64,000 bases of DNA. It comes from Raillietiella orientalis (lineage: Eukaryota). The notes below the pieces were generated by a model. That model had not been told where the DNA came from and made no database searches. It saw nothing but the letters and a program-made list of their open reading frames with translations. Shown piece after piece: positions 37,280-50,403 of the stretch (the first letter of the stretch is position 1; every line of letters begins with the position of its first letter). Made by a program: the position numbers and the translations under genes. The DNA lies in assembly GCA_036172245.1 (NCBI GenBank), contig JAYWIR010000010.1, positions 4,092,001 through 4,156,000 of the forward strand, given 5' to 3'.

Positions 37280-39400
37280 GCTGCATCAGAGGGCCCTTTT
37301 GCCGGAAACGTCTCTGCTGCAGGTTCCTACACCCACGTCCGCGGGGGGCAGCCGCCTTCGACACGCTCACCATGCCGAAAACAAGCCTTTTAACGACCCA
37401 GAAGGACACGCCCCCGTTCCACACGGGGGGAACGCTCGATTGGCTCACGAATAGTCAGCTGTTCGTGCCTTCGACCTCGAGAGATGGAAAGCATCATCTC
37501 TGGAAAAAGGATGGGTGGAGAAGAGCGTTCTGACCCTCGAATCTGGTGTCTCGAAGCGAGACTTCGAGAAACTCAGCAAGAAAACGCCGGTAAAGACGAG
37601 AAGGAAGACAGCTCGATGCTCACGGGCGGCCTCTGAGCTTTGAGGGGGTTGTGAGGCGGGACGGGTGGGGGGGGGGGAGAAGAAGAGGGTTGGAACTGAC
37701 ACGCGAAGTTTCCTCTCATCAGTCTGCACGGAAGCTGGACACGGCTTCACGGTGCCATCTTAGGAAGGACGAACGGGAAAAGGAGACACTGTGATCCCTG
37801 AGAAACTGGGACTCGTTCGAACGTCCGAATCCTGGACGCTGTCCCTAGACCGAGGCGCGCGAACAGTGAAGGTCACCGCGCCGACATCCTCCTCAATGCG
37901 GCGTGGAACGTTTGACCCCAGCATGACATGTGTCACAGCAGCAGAAGGTTGGCAGTGGGGGGAGGATCCTTTCAGTGATTATCCTGGCTGAGTTAACAGC
38001 TGCCTTACAAGCAGAATGGAAGCAGACATGCAAGCAAAGACTGAGGGGGAAGCAAGGTAGAAGACGCCAACAATTCTCTTTTTACATCTTCGTTCGCCAA
38101 GTACCGAGGAACCGTCCTCCTGGCGCCTCGCAAAAACACGGTCAACGTCACCCGAGGGTACGTATGGTAACTCTTCAAGCTAGGAGGTTACCTCCTCCCC
38201 CCTGGAGAGGACCACCCCATGAACTCAGGAAGGGGTCCGTTCCTCTTACGCTTGGAAGGGAACCACCTCACCCAGATTGTCTCCGAAGGGACCACCCGGA
38301 GAGAATCGCTTCTCATTTTCCTCTCCGGATGGAACCCACCCTCCAGGGAACCACTCCTTGCCTCTTCCTCTGAAGAGAACCCCAAAGGGACGCTTCCCAA
38401 TTTTCTCTGAAAGGTCTCTCCCGAAGGGAGCAGAGGGCTTCTTCACACTCTGGAGAGGCATCGTCAGTCCACCAGCTCCATGGTGCGAAATGGAGGGTTT
38501 CCAAAGGGAATCGGCACTTCGTGATGTCCTGGAAGTACCCCGGAGGGTCGACAACCAATCCTGGCCACTCGATGGGAGCATCCGGAGGTTTCCAACTTCC
38601 ACCAGTGCCGCACCCTCCCCTTAAAGTGGCAGGGGTTGGCGTTGATGCTGCTGCAGTGGGACCTCCCGTACGATGCCCGCCGGCATCATTGGACACGGAG
38701 GGGAGGAGTGGACCCAAACTGTGCGAGGTACGAGGAGCAGGAATCCCTCTCTCATATCTCCTAGTGGACTGTGCTGCCTTCCGGACCCTTTGGGGACGCT
38801 TTGCCGCGACTCTTGGAACCTCCGCCGGCAACGCCAGAGACGTTCTGAAGAGCCTCTTCCTGCGAGACACCCTCACGCCGGCCGCATCCCCAGCAGCACT
38901 CTGCTGATTAAGCGGCTGAACCATGGCTGCACGGAGCAGCAACTCCAGAGGAGGCCCGGACGACAGGGACGTCATTTATGCTGCTGTCCTCTTCATGAGG
39001 ACAAAGTCAAGATGGCCCATCTGGAAGTCTTGAATCAAGAAGGCATTTTTACGAGGATGCAGAGGATACCCTCCAGTACACGGTGATCCCATCCTGAACT
39101 CCTCCCCCCCTTTTTTGACTATATGTTTTTTGTTTTATTTTTTCTTCTTCTTGTTTGTCTCCCCTTCCCCTGTGCTGCCGAGCCAAACCCTGCTGGCTTG
39201 CATGCCAGTTCCCGGCAGGTCCCTTCTCGTATTTATAAGTAACGTGGCAGGATCAAAAGTCCTGCTACAGACGTGTACGTTAACTTTATAAATAAATGTC
39301 CCGGTGTGACCGGGTGTCAACCAGCGCCGCATCCGAATATGCCAACCAGCGGCGTCCTGCGGTATGGACTCGAAACCCATGAGGCACTCCGGTTTCTCTG
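37280..39400 (-). mobile_element. 5' part of an R2-superfamily element (UTR + zinc-finger region), D
   Basis: Zinc-finger-like remnants (RKRLFRTSLAL..PKGPEG.TVH..). The segment 38050-39350 is homologous, in inverted orientation, to 55590-57130. Confidence 0.6.
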
Positions 39401-39404
39401 ACGT

Positions 39405-39472
39405 CGATGCGGGGATTCGAACCCGCAACGCTTGGTGCCACGCGCGGAGACCCACTGCAGCCACACACCGCC
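39405..39472 (-). other. tRNA-derived segment (Pol III A/B-box-like), not a complete tRNA
   Basis: The minus strand reads TGGCTGCAGTGG (39463-39452), 28 nt, then GGTTCGAATCC (39423-39413). No full cloverleaf can be drawn. Confidence 0.5.
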
Positions 39473-41649
39473 ACGTGGAAAAACAACGTGGACTTCCCCC
39501 GTTGTTTTTCCCAACGCTTTCTTTCCCTTTAGGCAGAGAGGGAGTGGGTGCGTCCTCAGGAGCTTGGAGCACCGAAGGCAAGAGGAGAAACGATCTTGAC
39601 CCCAACGTGACCCCCTCCTGTAGACGGAATACGACTTCGTTTCCAGACTGCTTTCAGCAGGACCTACTCCTGGTTCCTCCAAGAGAGATGCCGATAAGGA
39701 AGAACCAGGCCGTTCCCGGCTGTTCTGCCAGCACCCTCGACTGGACACATTTCCCCCGTGCGTCCTGCGTGATCGTTCAGCCGCTGCTCTTGAGAAACGT
39801 GCAAATCAAATAAAGGGAAGCGGAAAGGAAGCGACATCCATTCAAAATGCGCGGCGGCCGAAAACTTCGAATGGTCCTCTTGGAGAGCAGCTCAAGAGCA
39901 GTGCTCCCTCGAAAAATAACAGACGATGCAACTATGCCCACGTTAAAGGAATCAAGAGAACTCAAGAATCTCCTTTGAAGTGCGCAGACGCTCGACCTAA
40001 GCTCCGTAAGTTTTCGAGTGCTTATTGACAAAGAGTTGATTAGGATGGGCAAGAAACATTCGCTCATAAAATATCATCTTGGCTCGTCAGACACTCGAAA
40101 AACCATCAGTGGGAAGCAACCAAAAACCCGTATACATGCAATTTCGCGAAGAACATGCATTTTATAAGATAAGAAAGTGATTGTTTTTCGCTTTTTTTTT
40201 CTTTTTTCTTTTTTCATGGTTGCCTGAACCTTTTGATCTTTTCTGTTTTGAGTGGAGCACTTAATTTTGAGTAATAGTTCGTGTTAAATTGGAGTATCTT
40301 TTTTTTCTCTCTCTCTCTCTCCTTCCCCCCCCCCCCTACCCCCTCATTTTCCGTGCAAGATTCCATCTGTGACATTCAGGGTCTTGCAACGATCTTCTTA
40401 AGGCTTCCAAGGCAAAGTAACGTTAAGGCGTCCAACCGGTTGCTGTCCTATCAGGGATGGTGGATTCACGTACGTAAAAGCCTCCACAGCAGTGTACAGG
40501 TGTAGACAGTGAAATACCTGGAAACCCCAGAACTCAAAGACTCCCGTTTGCCTGCTGCTGCAAAGTGAAGACGAACGGGATCTGCTGAACCACTCACTGA
40601 TTAGCTGGATGCGCTCCGCGCGGCCTTGGGCGGAAGCCCTGAGCGCCGCGCACGCTGGTCCGCCGTGTGCATCCGTTCCTGACGTGGATCGACGACACCC
40701 ACAACGTGTAACCTCATTTCCTTGCAATTCGCATCTTGGAATGTTGCCTGCGCTCTGTCGTGCTCTTGCATGCTGCAGGAGTTTCCCGCTCCGTTTCCCA
40801 CCCACCCCCCCATCATCTTTCCCTCACCTCCATCCGCTGCTGTCGTCGTATCCTCGGATTCCTCCTTCCCGCTGCCCGTTGCCTGCAACAGCTGTTGCAT
40901 CGTGCTCTCCGGATGCAGCACCGTGTTCGCCGCGAGCACTCGTCCGTGGCAAGAACATCTAGTACGGTACTTGTACTCAACTCGACTTGCCGGTTGCCGC
41001 TTTGATCCTTTTCGTGCTCCTGGTGACAACATCGACTAACGCTGCGTTTCGATTCTCAGCTGCACTTCTGGAGCTTCGTAAGGATTCTCAAGTTGCGCTT
41101 TACCCAATCATTCATTGCTTTCTTAATCGTATTACCAGACAACTTATGAGGGGGCATACTATGCACATCATTGAATCACTTCTATTAGACTACTCGACAT
41201 TCAGTAATAAACACGCTCGCATTCTCGATACGAAACCACTCCTGAGCATCACGGGAGTTTCAGAACCATGTCGTTTCACTGAGATCCTGATGCTGCATTC
41301 AGAATACTCCAAAATCGATACGATCCGATGCAAGTATATGCAAAGTGGCGGTGTTGCATTAATTCGACCTTCCTTCGTATGATGCTGGTATTACCACGAA
41401 CGACACCCACCTATAGTGATCTGCAGACTCTGCGACTGCCGTATGAAAGCTTCCGTGCCTTCCTACAATCCTTGCGTAATTTTTCTTAAGCGCATATCCA
41501 ATTATGTCGTGCGTATCCTTCGGTTAACTTAAATAGGCACTCCTCTTTTGAATCCTTATTTTCGAAATGATGCTTTGGCATTCTTGTGTGCTTTCCACTG
41601 CGATGTTTCGTGCCAAAGCATTCCAGATCCCGATTCCAGAACTTGTGTT

Positions 41650-44600
41650 CGTATAGAGGGTGCTTTACTGTAAGTACGTCTTACATACGAACCAGTATGT
41701 CATATAGGTATAGCATGCTCGACAGTTCAGGGAAACTAATTAGGAACATAATGAGAACCCGTAATTTGCACCAAAATCCACAAAGTCCATTGGTTAGAAT
41801 CCCGAAAACAAGCAATACACAAATGAACATCGAATCTAACAAGAATACTATCGAATTAATCGCGAGTACTTATTGTAATTCTTATCCCATTGGTTGAAAG
41901 TCTATTATAGTTCCGAATGATAAATCAATATATGTAGACATCGATCTGTAGTACCTCTTTGCTCACTCAATCACTGTTTGTAGAAATCTCTGTTTGTAAG
42001 ACAGCGTCGTATTTTATGTCTCACACTCAACACTGCTTAGGATGTTCATCATATAATCGGATGAATAGTGAACTGAAAAGTTTAAAAGAATCAACGGGCT
42101 CTTCTCCGAATACAGATTTCTGAAGGATTTCGATCCCATTAGCACTTTCTCCTCCAGGTTCCGTTTTCAGCCGAAAAAGGGAACGAAAGACGAAGACGCT
42201 GTTATTCATTGAAAGGGATGAGCGACGACAAGCAGTTTTGCGGTGCTGAAAGACGGATTCAAAAACACACTGAAGAAGCATAGGCGAAAAACACGCTGAA
42301 TCCTCTTCTTCTTTCGAAGAAGGTGAATGTTGGCGATCTCGATGAAGTAATTCTCCCAGAAGGAGCATCTTAGATAGCATTTTTGTTTGAAAATCTTTCG
42401 GTTCGGCATCATCGACTGACACTCTCGTGCACTTTCCTTGTTTCTGCCTCGGCGGGAAATATCAGGCTGTTTTCTGCAAATCGTCTGTGTACGAGACCCC
42501 GATTGCATTCGGAAGCTGTACAATGGTCACACATCCGCAAATTGCACGAAATTGAAAAGCCAACTTGAACTGGCATTCCGTACTTCCTTGGCTCCATGCT
42601 TATTACATTATGCAAGCATTCAAACCCTTTCATCCCAAATCGCTGTGTGTTTTTTTTTTTTAAGTACGGAACATTACTTCCTTGCTCTGAAAGCAGAAAC
42701 CCCCAAAAAACGAAAGTATGTGAGAATATTTACAAAAATAAATTAGCAAACAATATACTTTGAAAGTCAAAAAAAATTCCCTTTTCTAGATTCAATAAAG
42801 CATTAGCATTTTTAGCATGTTTTTTGTGTGGTCCGTGAGTGGAAACTGTTTGGGTACTTTCAAGTCTCCTCGCTACAGACTTCTTTTCTTTCTGTGAAGC
42901 TCAGAACATGGAAACCACGTGACATAAACAAAACAAAGAATGCACATGCCTTTCCTTTGATGTGTCCTCAAGCTCAAAAGATTCACCTCAGTAACCGATT
43001 ATTCGAATCAGTCAAACCAAATCAATCCTTTGGGCACTTGGGTTGAAAGTGTGCTTTTCGTAGATCGAAATATCAGTTCAAGTCATTATAATAGATTATG
43101 AATGTAAAAATTGAAATAAGTAAATGAATTTGCAATAATAGTGAAAACTGTTTACAACTCCATCCGTTCTAATCTCTACCAATGTTCAAAGTGCCAAAAA
43201 TTTTGAAATTGCACAAATTTCTCCGAAGCACAAGGGCACGGCTTGCACTTATCTCTTCGGCACACATATGCTTAGATTTTCGAAGGTGACTCATTTGCTT
43301 TTTAGCAAAAACGATCCCATTTCCCAGAATTTCAAATAAATATAGAATGACTGAACCTCGCGCAAAGTAGGGCGGAAGATTCCCAAGATTGCGTTACAAG
43401 GACGGTGTTCCTTTTTCGATTGAATCAGCTTCACACGATCTGTCACTTTTCTTGACAATTTCCTTCAAAAAAAGCAATGATAGAAGAATTTTTATAAAAT
43501 TGCTACTACGGTAAAAAAAAAAAAAAAAAAAAAACTACTGCTCAGTCTAAGTGCCAACAGAACTTTTTCACCTAAGGAGACGAATTTTCGTAGCGATACG
43601 TCATGCTGAACTTCACATTGATACCTTGGTAACCCCGATGTGGTTCTATAACTCGTAATGGAATGTCGATCCCAGAATGATGATCGCAATTTGCCAAGGA
43701 TTAATGATTTTCGCGTGCGATGTATTCATGGAATATTACCTGGAACACCCGCTCCATTGAGATCGATCTAAGAAATGCGGACGTGGTTACTGGTTATTTA
43801 TTTGCAAAGTTTACGAGTGTACACCTGCGAACATCTACCGCATTCCGAGACGACTGCCGATCGACATTTCCTAATGCCAATCAATTAATTAGTGGGATTC
43901 GCACACGCTTCGGCTGTACTAATGGACAGAGGGCAAACGAACGGAAGTATAAGGACAGCCATTCGTGAAGACACGGTTTAAACAGGTGGACGAATCGTGA
44001 ACCACGGTGTTAGCAAAATGGGTGTAAGGCTGTTTAATGACGATCGTACTGAAGAATGTAGGGTAATGAGCTTTATCTCGAAAAGTTAGTGTGATAGATA
44101 CATGCATCAGCCATACGGATGCTATAAGTGCTGATATCATTCACAAAGTAAATAAATAACGGATCATACGACTCCAAAACAAATTTCACTTCAAAATTAG
44201 TAAGGAAGAACACCTGAAATCTGGGTTCATCAAAGGAATAGAAGACGGGGAAGTTTCTTGATCTTTCATGAAATTATTAACATACCATCTTTCATGTAAG
44301 ATGTTCCAAAAGACGAATTTCTCCAAAGACACCTGAACTTGAAGTTATCTTTCTAGACATGGCGGCGATTTTTGAGCAAAATTTTTGATGAACGCTGTCA
44401 ACATTGCGTTGCATCTTGAAAACTCTTTGCTCGCAAGGTGCAAATGCCCCATCATAGGCATCAAGCAACTCTTTATGCTTGCATTAACCGTGCTTGCCAC
44501 AAGTTTGTTCCTCTCCACCGATTGTTCAAATCTTAAATTTATCTTCCACAGGAGAACGTAGAAGCCCTGGAGGGCACACCATGCGAGACACACGTTCCCT

Positions 44601-44850
44601 GGTCACTCGAGAAAGAATCTCCTCCTCGGAATGAATTACAGTTGCCATGCGTTTTTCGAAAGTTCCCAGTAATACGACCAGCAAAAGAAGACATGGCCCG
44701 CCGAGGCTGTTGGGCAACCACCGTGGACAAGAGATGCACACGAAGCCGTTTTTTCGTTTTCTGCTTAAGGCATGACCGTGGGGAAGGATTGGTACACCAA
44801 TCTGCCCCAACGAAACAGACCAGAAGGTTCAGAAGTATAAGTGGAATCAG
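41650..44850 (-). pseudogene. Decayed class C GPCR (mGluR/CaSR-like) gene
   Basis: Motifs occur in the expected order across frameshifts. QPRRAMSSFAGRI..GTC (~44710-44580) resembles QRLEAMLFAIDRIN..DTC. RDKAHYPTFFST (~44080-44045) resembles LSDK..YPxFxRT. The Cys cluster SCNLRMCDHC (~42550-42520) is nine-cysteine-domain-like. FQHRKT/LVVA (~42250-42220) resembles the first-intracellular-loop F..HR.TP.V.A. A hydrophobic stretch ending FWCKLR..FPE lies at ~41870-41720. Confidence 0.5.
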
Positions 44851-45883
44851 GCATTCTGGAGAAACGGCGAAACATGCCTAAACGGGTCCTCAGGGGATTC
44901 ATGGACTTTAAAGCCGGGGTACGAATTCGTCCACTTTCCGGTACCCCGATCACGCAGGGCAGCTGGAAACCCTCATCCTCAGGTGTGCCAACACTCCGAT
45001 GCTGACGCGTAACGACGGAAGGATTTCGAATGAGGAAATTGCAGAAGCAAACGCCTTATAAAAAAAGAAAAAAAGGACATACCTGAAATGATTAGTATAA
45101 TAAAGCAAATCGCATGTAGTGCCATTCAAATATTGGACGTGGCACTGCCCGCGGCAAATGAAAGCTTCAATTGCAAAATGTAAACATCCGGCGTACATAC
45201 CGGAAACACAAGTAAGAGAAAAAACCTAGGGTGCGAAGGGAAAACTTATTTGAGAGGAAATACTGGAATTAATGAAACAGAAAATTCGTTGGAAAATGGG
45301 AGAATATAAACATGCAGGGAAAAAAAACTTTGCCGACAAATATGGCGATTTTCGAACAACCCCATCTGCCCATGATCACCCCAATTTTTGAAGCTTGATC
45401 ATGAGCAATTCATCGGTTGTTCGTCTATGTTTCTATGCACTTCATGCTCATAATAGTAGGAAATTTCATTTCTTCACTGTCAACGGGTCCATGCAAGATT
45501 GCAGTTCTTAATCGCAAGTCAACAGTTCGTTTTGGTTCATTTGCTTCGATTCGCAACAACAGGCTGCAAAATCGATCTCTTACAAATATTCATACATTAC
45601 ATTACATATGTATTTATACGATACACATATGAGTATGTACATAAACATGAGCACGCATATAACAATGGAAACACTATCGATTTATACATGATATCCACAA
45701 ATATAAAAATATTTTCTAAAACACGAAAGGATTGCACAGATTTGTTTTAGTACTCCAATATCTTCAAGATGCATGTCAGGTGGCAGAAGCCAGAAGCTCT
45801 CTCTGTTTCTTTTAGATCCTTTAACTGGTTAATGAATAGAAAGATGACTTCCACATACCACGAAATCATATCATGAAGTGATA

Positions 45884-48800
45884 TCAAAAAACCACTGTGC
45901 TTTGCAAGTAAGAAACAATGCTTAGGCTCTGTTGATATTTAGTCTGTACTTGTAGCCATGTACGCTCTTGTGCTTGTTGAATACTTTCTAACAATGGTAT
46001 CAATTCCCTATGACTGATTATTTCATTTCCATGCAACTATCAAAAGGAAAAAAAAAAAAATGCATTTATAAAGCAGATTTTTTGTTCTCCCCCTCAAAAT
46101 TCTGCTTCTTACTTTTAGAAATAATGCCAGCCAGGATTGCACCAACTCAAAATGAGTGTTTGTTTCAAGAAGATGAATTAAGAAAGTCAAGAAACAAGCC
46201 AGCAGCTTGACTGACTCTCCATTCTCAGGAGCCAAAGATCGTAGCTGAATTTCTAGAGCAGAAGGACCCAACTGCTTGAGATAGTTCAGCACTATATCTG
46301 TGACAAAAGATAAATCATTTAGGACCTACAAATTTTACATACCATGGTTGGAGTGGATCCTAAATAGTTTCCCAAGATCACTGCTATCGAATAATTCGTT
46401 ATGAAACACAACAGATTCTCTTTTTTCAGGTAAAGTGGGTTCCACTGCAAATGCAGGATGAAGTCCGGGAATTGTAGGAAGGAAAAAAGGTGCGTCTGGT
46501 GATACTTTTGGAGGTTGCTTGGGTTTATTGCGTTTCTAGATTCACATCAATAAGCTTAAAGAACATTTTGCTGAATCCACTCACCTTGATGATATCAAGA
46601 TGAATAAGATTTTGCCATCTTGAAGCTGCAAAGAGTGCAAGAGTCACCAAACTAGGAAGAATTTGTGGAGATGAATTGTATACTTCTGCATTTGGCTCTT
46701 CCTCAATTAAGCACTCATCATCCTCTTCTGGAAGTAGTGGGAACAATAGCAAGAACAATCACAGCAAGTCAAACCTTCAACTGCAGTGCCTGGAAGTGCA
46801 ACAAGAGGTGCAGCATAATCCTCTGGTAAAGGCTTAAGTGACACGTGCTCATATAAAGTCCGACTGCTCCACAGATAGATTGCAAGATCATCAGAATGAC
46901 ATGTAGCCAAGTACTCTCCAGTTGGTGACAAGGCTAAAGCAGTGCATAACTTGGGTAATCGAAAATGATCTATACAACTAAACACAGCTGCTGGTTCTTT
47001 AACTAAAACCATGAACCTACTGACTAGATGGTAAATCCCAAACATGGATGGATGTATCAGCTGAGCTACTTATCAGCCAGCGAGAATCAGGAGTGAAGGC
47101 CAACCCAGTAATAGCACCTCTGTGTCCATGAAAAGAACGAGCAATTTGGTGATCAGTCATTTCAACAACATGAATAGAGAAATCATCCAAAGCTACAGCC
47201 AGCAGGTCACTACAGTCTGAGTGTACTCAAAAGTTTGCAGAATACAGGCAATACCTCTGACGCTCCAGCTCCATACAGGTAATCCCAGCAGCCATTTGCA
47301 CCTCCAGCAAACAATTCATCTTTCTGAATTTCCAGAATCGAAGCAGACCACTTGCATCTCCTGATACCAATATACTGTTGATTCCATTGATGTATACACT
47401 TCGTACAGATTTCAGATGGGCTCTGGATTCCCCATACGAGCCACGATAGATTCCAGATTGCATGTTGAAACAATCAATATGGCCAGAACTATAGCCAATA
47501 ACCACAAAATTGCCACAAACTGATACAGCTATACACTGTTCAACAAAAAGCAAACAGCATTCTTCCCATCAATGAAAATACAATAGAATTACTGTGGCAG
47601 CAGCAGTTTTCCATTGTTTTTCCTTTTTAAATCTTTCATGGCACAGTATACGCTCACTTAAAGTACCTCGAGCAGAGGACCAACAACTCACTGAGCAGCA
47701 ATTCTGATGTACAGCAGCTATACTATCCCATTCTTTTTCTCTGGAAGTTTCTGCAAAAATATGTTTGCAAAGAAACAATAATCAACTTGCCTGCGGCAAA
47801 TGCAATAATGGGAGGCATCTTATATGGATCATTGAGTAATCCACGACGTTTTGATGCTTTCTTTTTGAAAGATGCTCTACCAAAATTCCTATTTAGAATA
47901 TCTAGAACAGTGGAAAAGGATCGCAGAGTGGAATCCTGACCAGCACTTATGATGGATTTTCCCAAAAAATCGTAAAAATGAATACATGTAGGAGGAGCAC
48001 TATGGCCACTCTTAAAACGTAACAAACGGGCATTTCCATCAGCCAAATCAAAAATCCACATCTGTCTTTCTGATAATTGTTAGCATAGAGAAACCAACTT
48101 ACTTTCACACTATTGTCTGCACTGCAAGTCACTAAAACAGGTTCTTGAGGTAGGAAACACATTCCACTAACCTGTTTATCATGTGCTCGAAAGAGCTGTG
48201 AAGATAGCTTACGTTCTTGAAAATGAAAATGGAGACAACTTTCGTGTTTGAACGAGTTTACCTTCCAGATTCCAAAATGCTACATGGCCCTGAGCACTAG
48301 CTGAAGCTAATAAGGGTTTCCCATCTGTACAGAAAGAAAGAGCTGTGACTGCTCCCCAGTCTTGCAAAAAAGTGAACAAAGTTTCATCAAATTTAATGTT
48401 ATGCAAATGAATATATCCTGATGACAAACCAACTGCAATAATATCTATAGCTGTACTCTAATAATCAGAAAAGGGGTCATTGTTGAAAATCCAAAACATG
48501 GATATATTACTTGCTCCAATACAGTAACAGCAGCATTCCAACCTTTAAATGTATATAATAGAGTATTAGTCTTCAAATTCCAAAGCTGCAATTTTCCCTG
48601 AGAGCTACCAAATAAAACAATATTCAGGTAAGTGCTGGGATGAGTGACTGCTGTTATTTGAAAATCTTCATTATTAAATGATAATTCAAGATACACATCT
48701 GCTGATGAAAATAGCATTAACCATAACTGGAGTTTTTCCAAAAATGACCTTCCATGTTAATGCCCCAAACTTTTACGGTACTCAGTTCATCCACTGATAG

Positions 48801-49519
48801 AAGATGGGATCCGAACGGCAGTAATAAACGAACATTACTTTCATGCCCAGAAAATGTATGGATCAACTAACAAATAACGGGAATTAATGAAATAAAATTG
48901 AGGGCAGCTTTGTACACAATAGATCACAATTGTTTGTTTTTTTTACATCTAAATTTCACAATACTTACTTCCTTAGCTCTTTTCCATGCATATATTTTCT
49001 TATTCGAGGCTGTAAATATACGATAATTATCCGATGCTACACAAGTAATTGGCTCTTGGTGTGCTGGTCCAATACTTAGTAAGCCTAATTTTGAAGACTG
49101 AAAACCCAGTAATGATCTCGTTTTTTAAAACTTGAACTCATTCATTCATGGTGTCACATACACAATGGTGATTAGTTGAAATAAACATCCGCAATTGCAA
49201 AAACTTTCAGTCAAAAAAAAAAAAAGCTAACTTCATATCAAACCATGCTGCAACCATGCAGATGTTGCTTCACATACATGAATAACGAAATAATTTCATT
49301 CATAATCAATTGCATTTAAACAAAGTATAAAACAATAATTTCATCGAATCTTACACCATAGACATGAAATGAATTTCCAGTAACTGTAATGATGAGATTT
49401 TCTCTCCTCTTTTTTATATATGTAACGCAAAATGGAACTTCATTGGTTATCAATCCCAGCTCTCTGTATCCAGTAAATAACTTACTACTAGGGGAAACTT
49501 TGTCTATCATTTTTACCAT
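45884..49519 (-). CDS. WDR36: WD repeat-containing protein 36 / U3 snoRNP-associated Utp21, 15 coding exons, ~894 aa
   Basis: Hand-spliced exons: 49519-49355, 49097-48969, 48866-48749, 48698-48511, 48457-48262, 48215-48103, 48061-47791, 47750-47593, 47535-47255, 47209-47021, 46977-46775, 46727-46585, 46535-46343, 46297-46113, 46036-45884. They total 2685 nt (894 codons + TGA) with all phases compatible. WD40 motifs (GHESNV..VKVW, GHSAPPT, GHRGAIT..FTPDSRWLISSSADTSIHVWDLP) and Utp21 signatures (REKEWD, KRNKPKQPPK..APFFLPT, LGPSALEIQLRSL, FELVQSWLALFLKLHG) are present. Confidence 0.96.
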
Positions 49520-50403
49520 AGATCACATAAATGCAAATTATATCAACAAACACGTGCATTGCACGAAGGAATGATTTGACTTGGAATTACCAACATACTT
49601 CACGTACTTTCTGTAATTATTATAGGGAAATGGTGTCCGATTAATTACATTGCTTCAGTATGTGAACAGTGGTGAACATTATCTCAACAATAAATTAAGA
49701 GAATAAATATGGATACATTAATTAATAAATGCATGATAAAAGACTAAAAGACTAAGACCAATAAGTCCTTTAATTGTTTTCAGATTTTCAGTCTCCTTGT
49801 TTGAATTGTAAAATTTTTAAACATTATTGGATAATTTCATGACTACGCCTCAAGTTTCTAATGTTATGAATAATAGAGAAAGGTGCCAAAAAGTGTATTC
49901 TTCCTTACTGATTGAAATTTTGATAGCTGAAGTATTATCAGAGTAACCGTTTTTCTATCTAAAGATTTTATAATAAAAAGCTGCTATGAACAAAAAAAAT
50001 GGATTAGAAGTAAATCCTGGAGCAAATCCAAAATGTTCAATTTCGAAATGCAATCTTCAAAATATCAAATATTTCCTAAGGCAGGAACTCATACTGTGAT
50101 GACGATTGAGAATCGTTTGTAAATGGGAACTGAAACATTAGTATAGCATTGAATGCAAAAATTTGGAAAGTACAGCTAGATTCGTATCATTAAGACTTGT
50201 TTATCTGATGAGAATGATCATATATACATATTAAAAATGAAAATGCGGTGCAATCTGTGGCTTAAGTCGAGTTATAACTACCATAGAAAAGAATCATTAG
50301 CAATGCTCGTTTGTCGAAACAGAAAATCCAAGCTTTCTGTTTTACTGCTTTGTGCTTATTGAATTCATCTCATATCCGAAGAAAAGATATTTGCTGAAGT
50401 AAA

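Noticed and set aside
39300..39400. HDV-like ribozyme in the R2-like 5' UTR
   Set aside because: The nested double pseudoknot could not be built by eye; it needs an Infernal/RNArobo search.
44345..44593. Reprolysin-like CLM..FSRC
   Set aside because: No HExxH zinc motif, and the flanking motifs fit a class C GPCR better.
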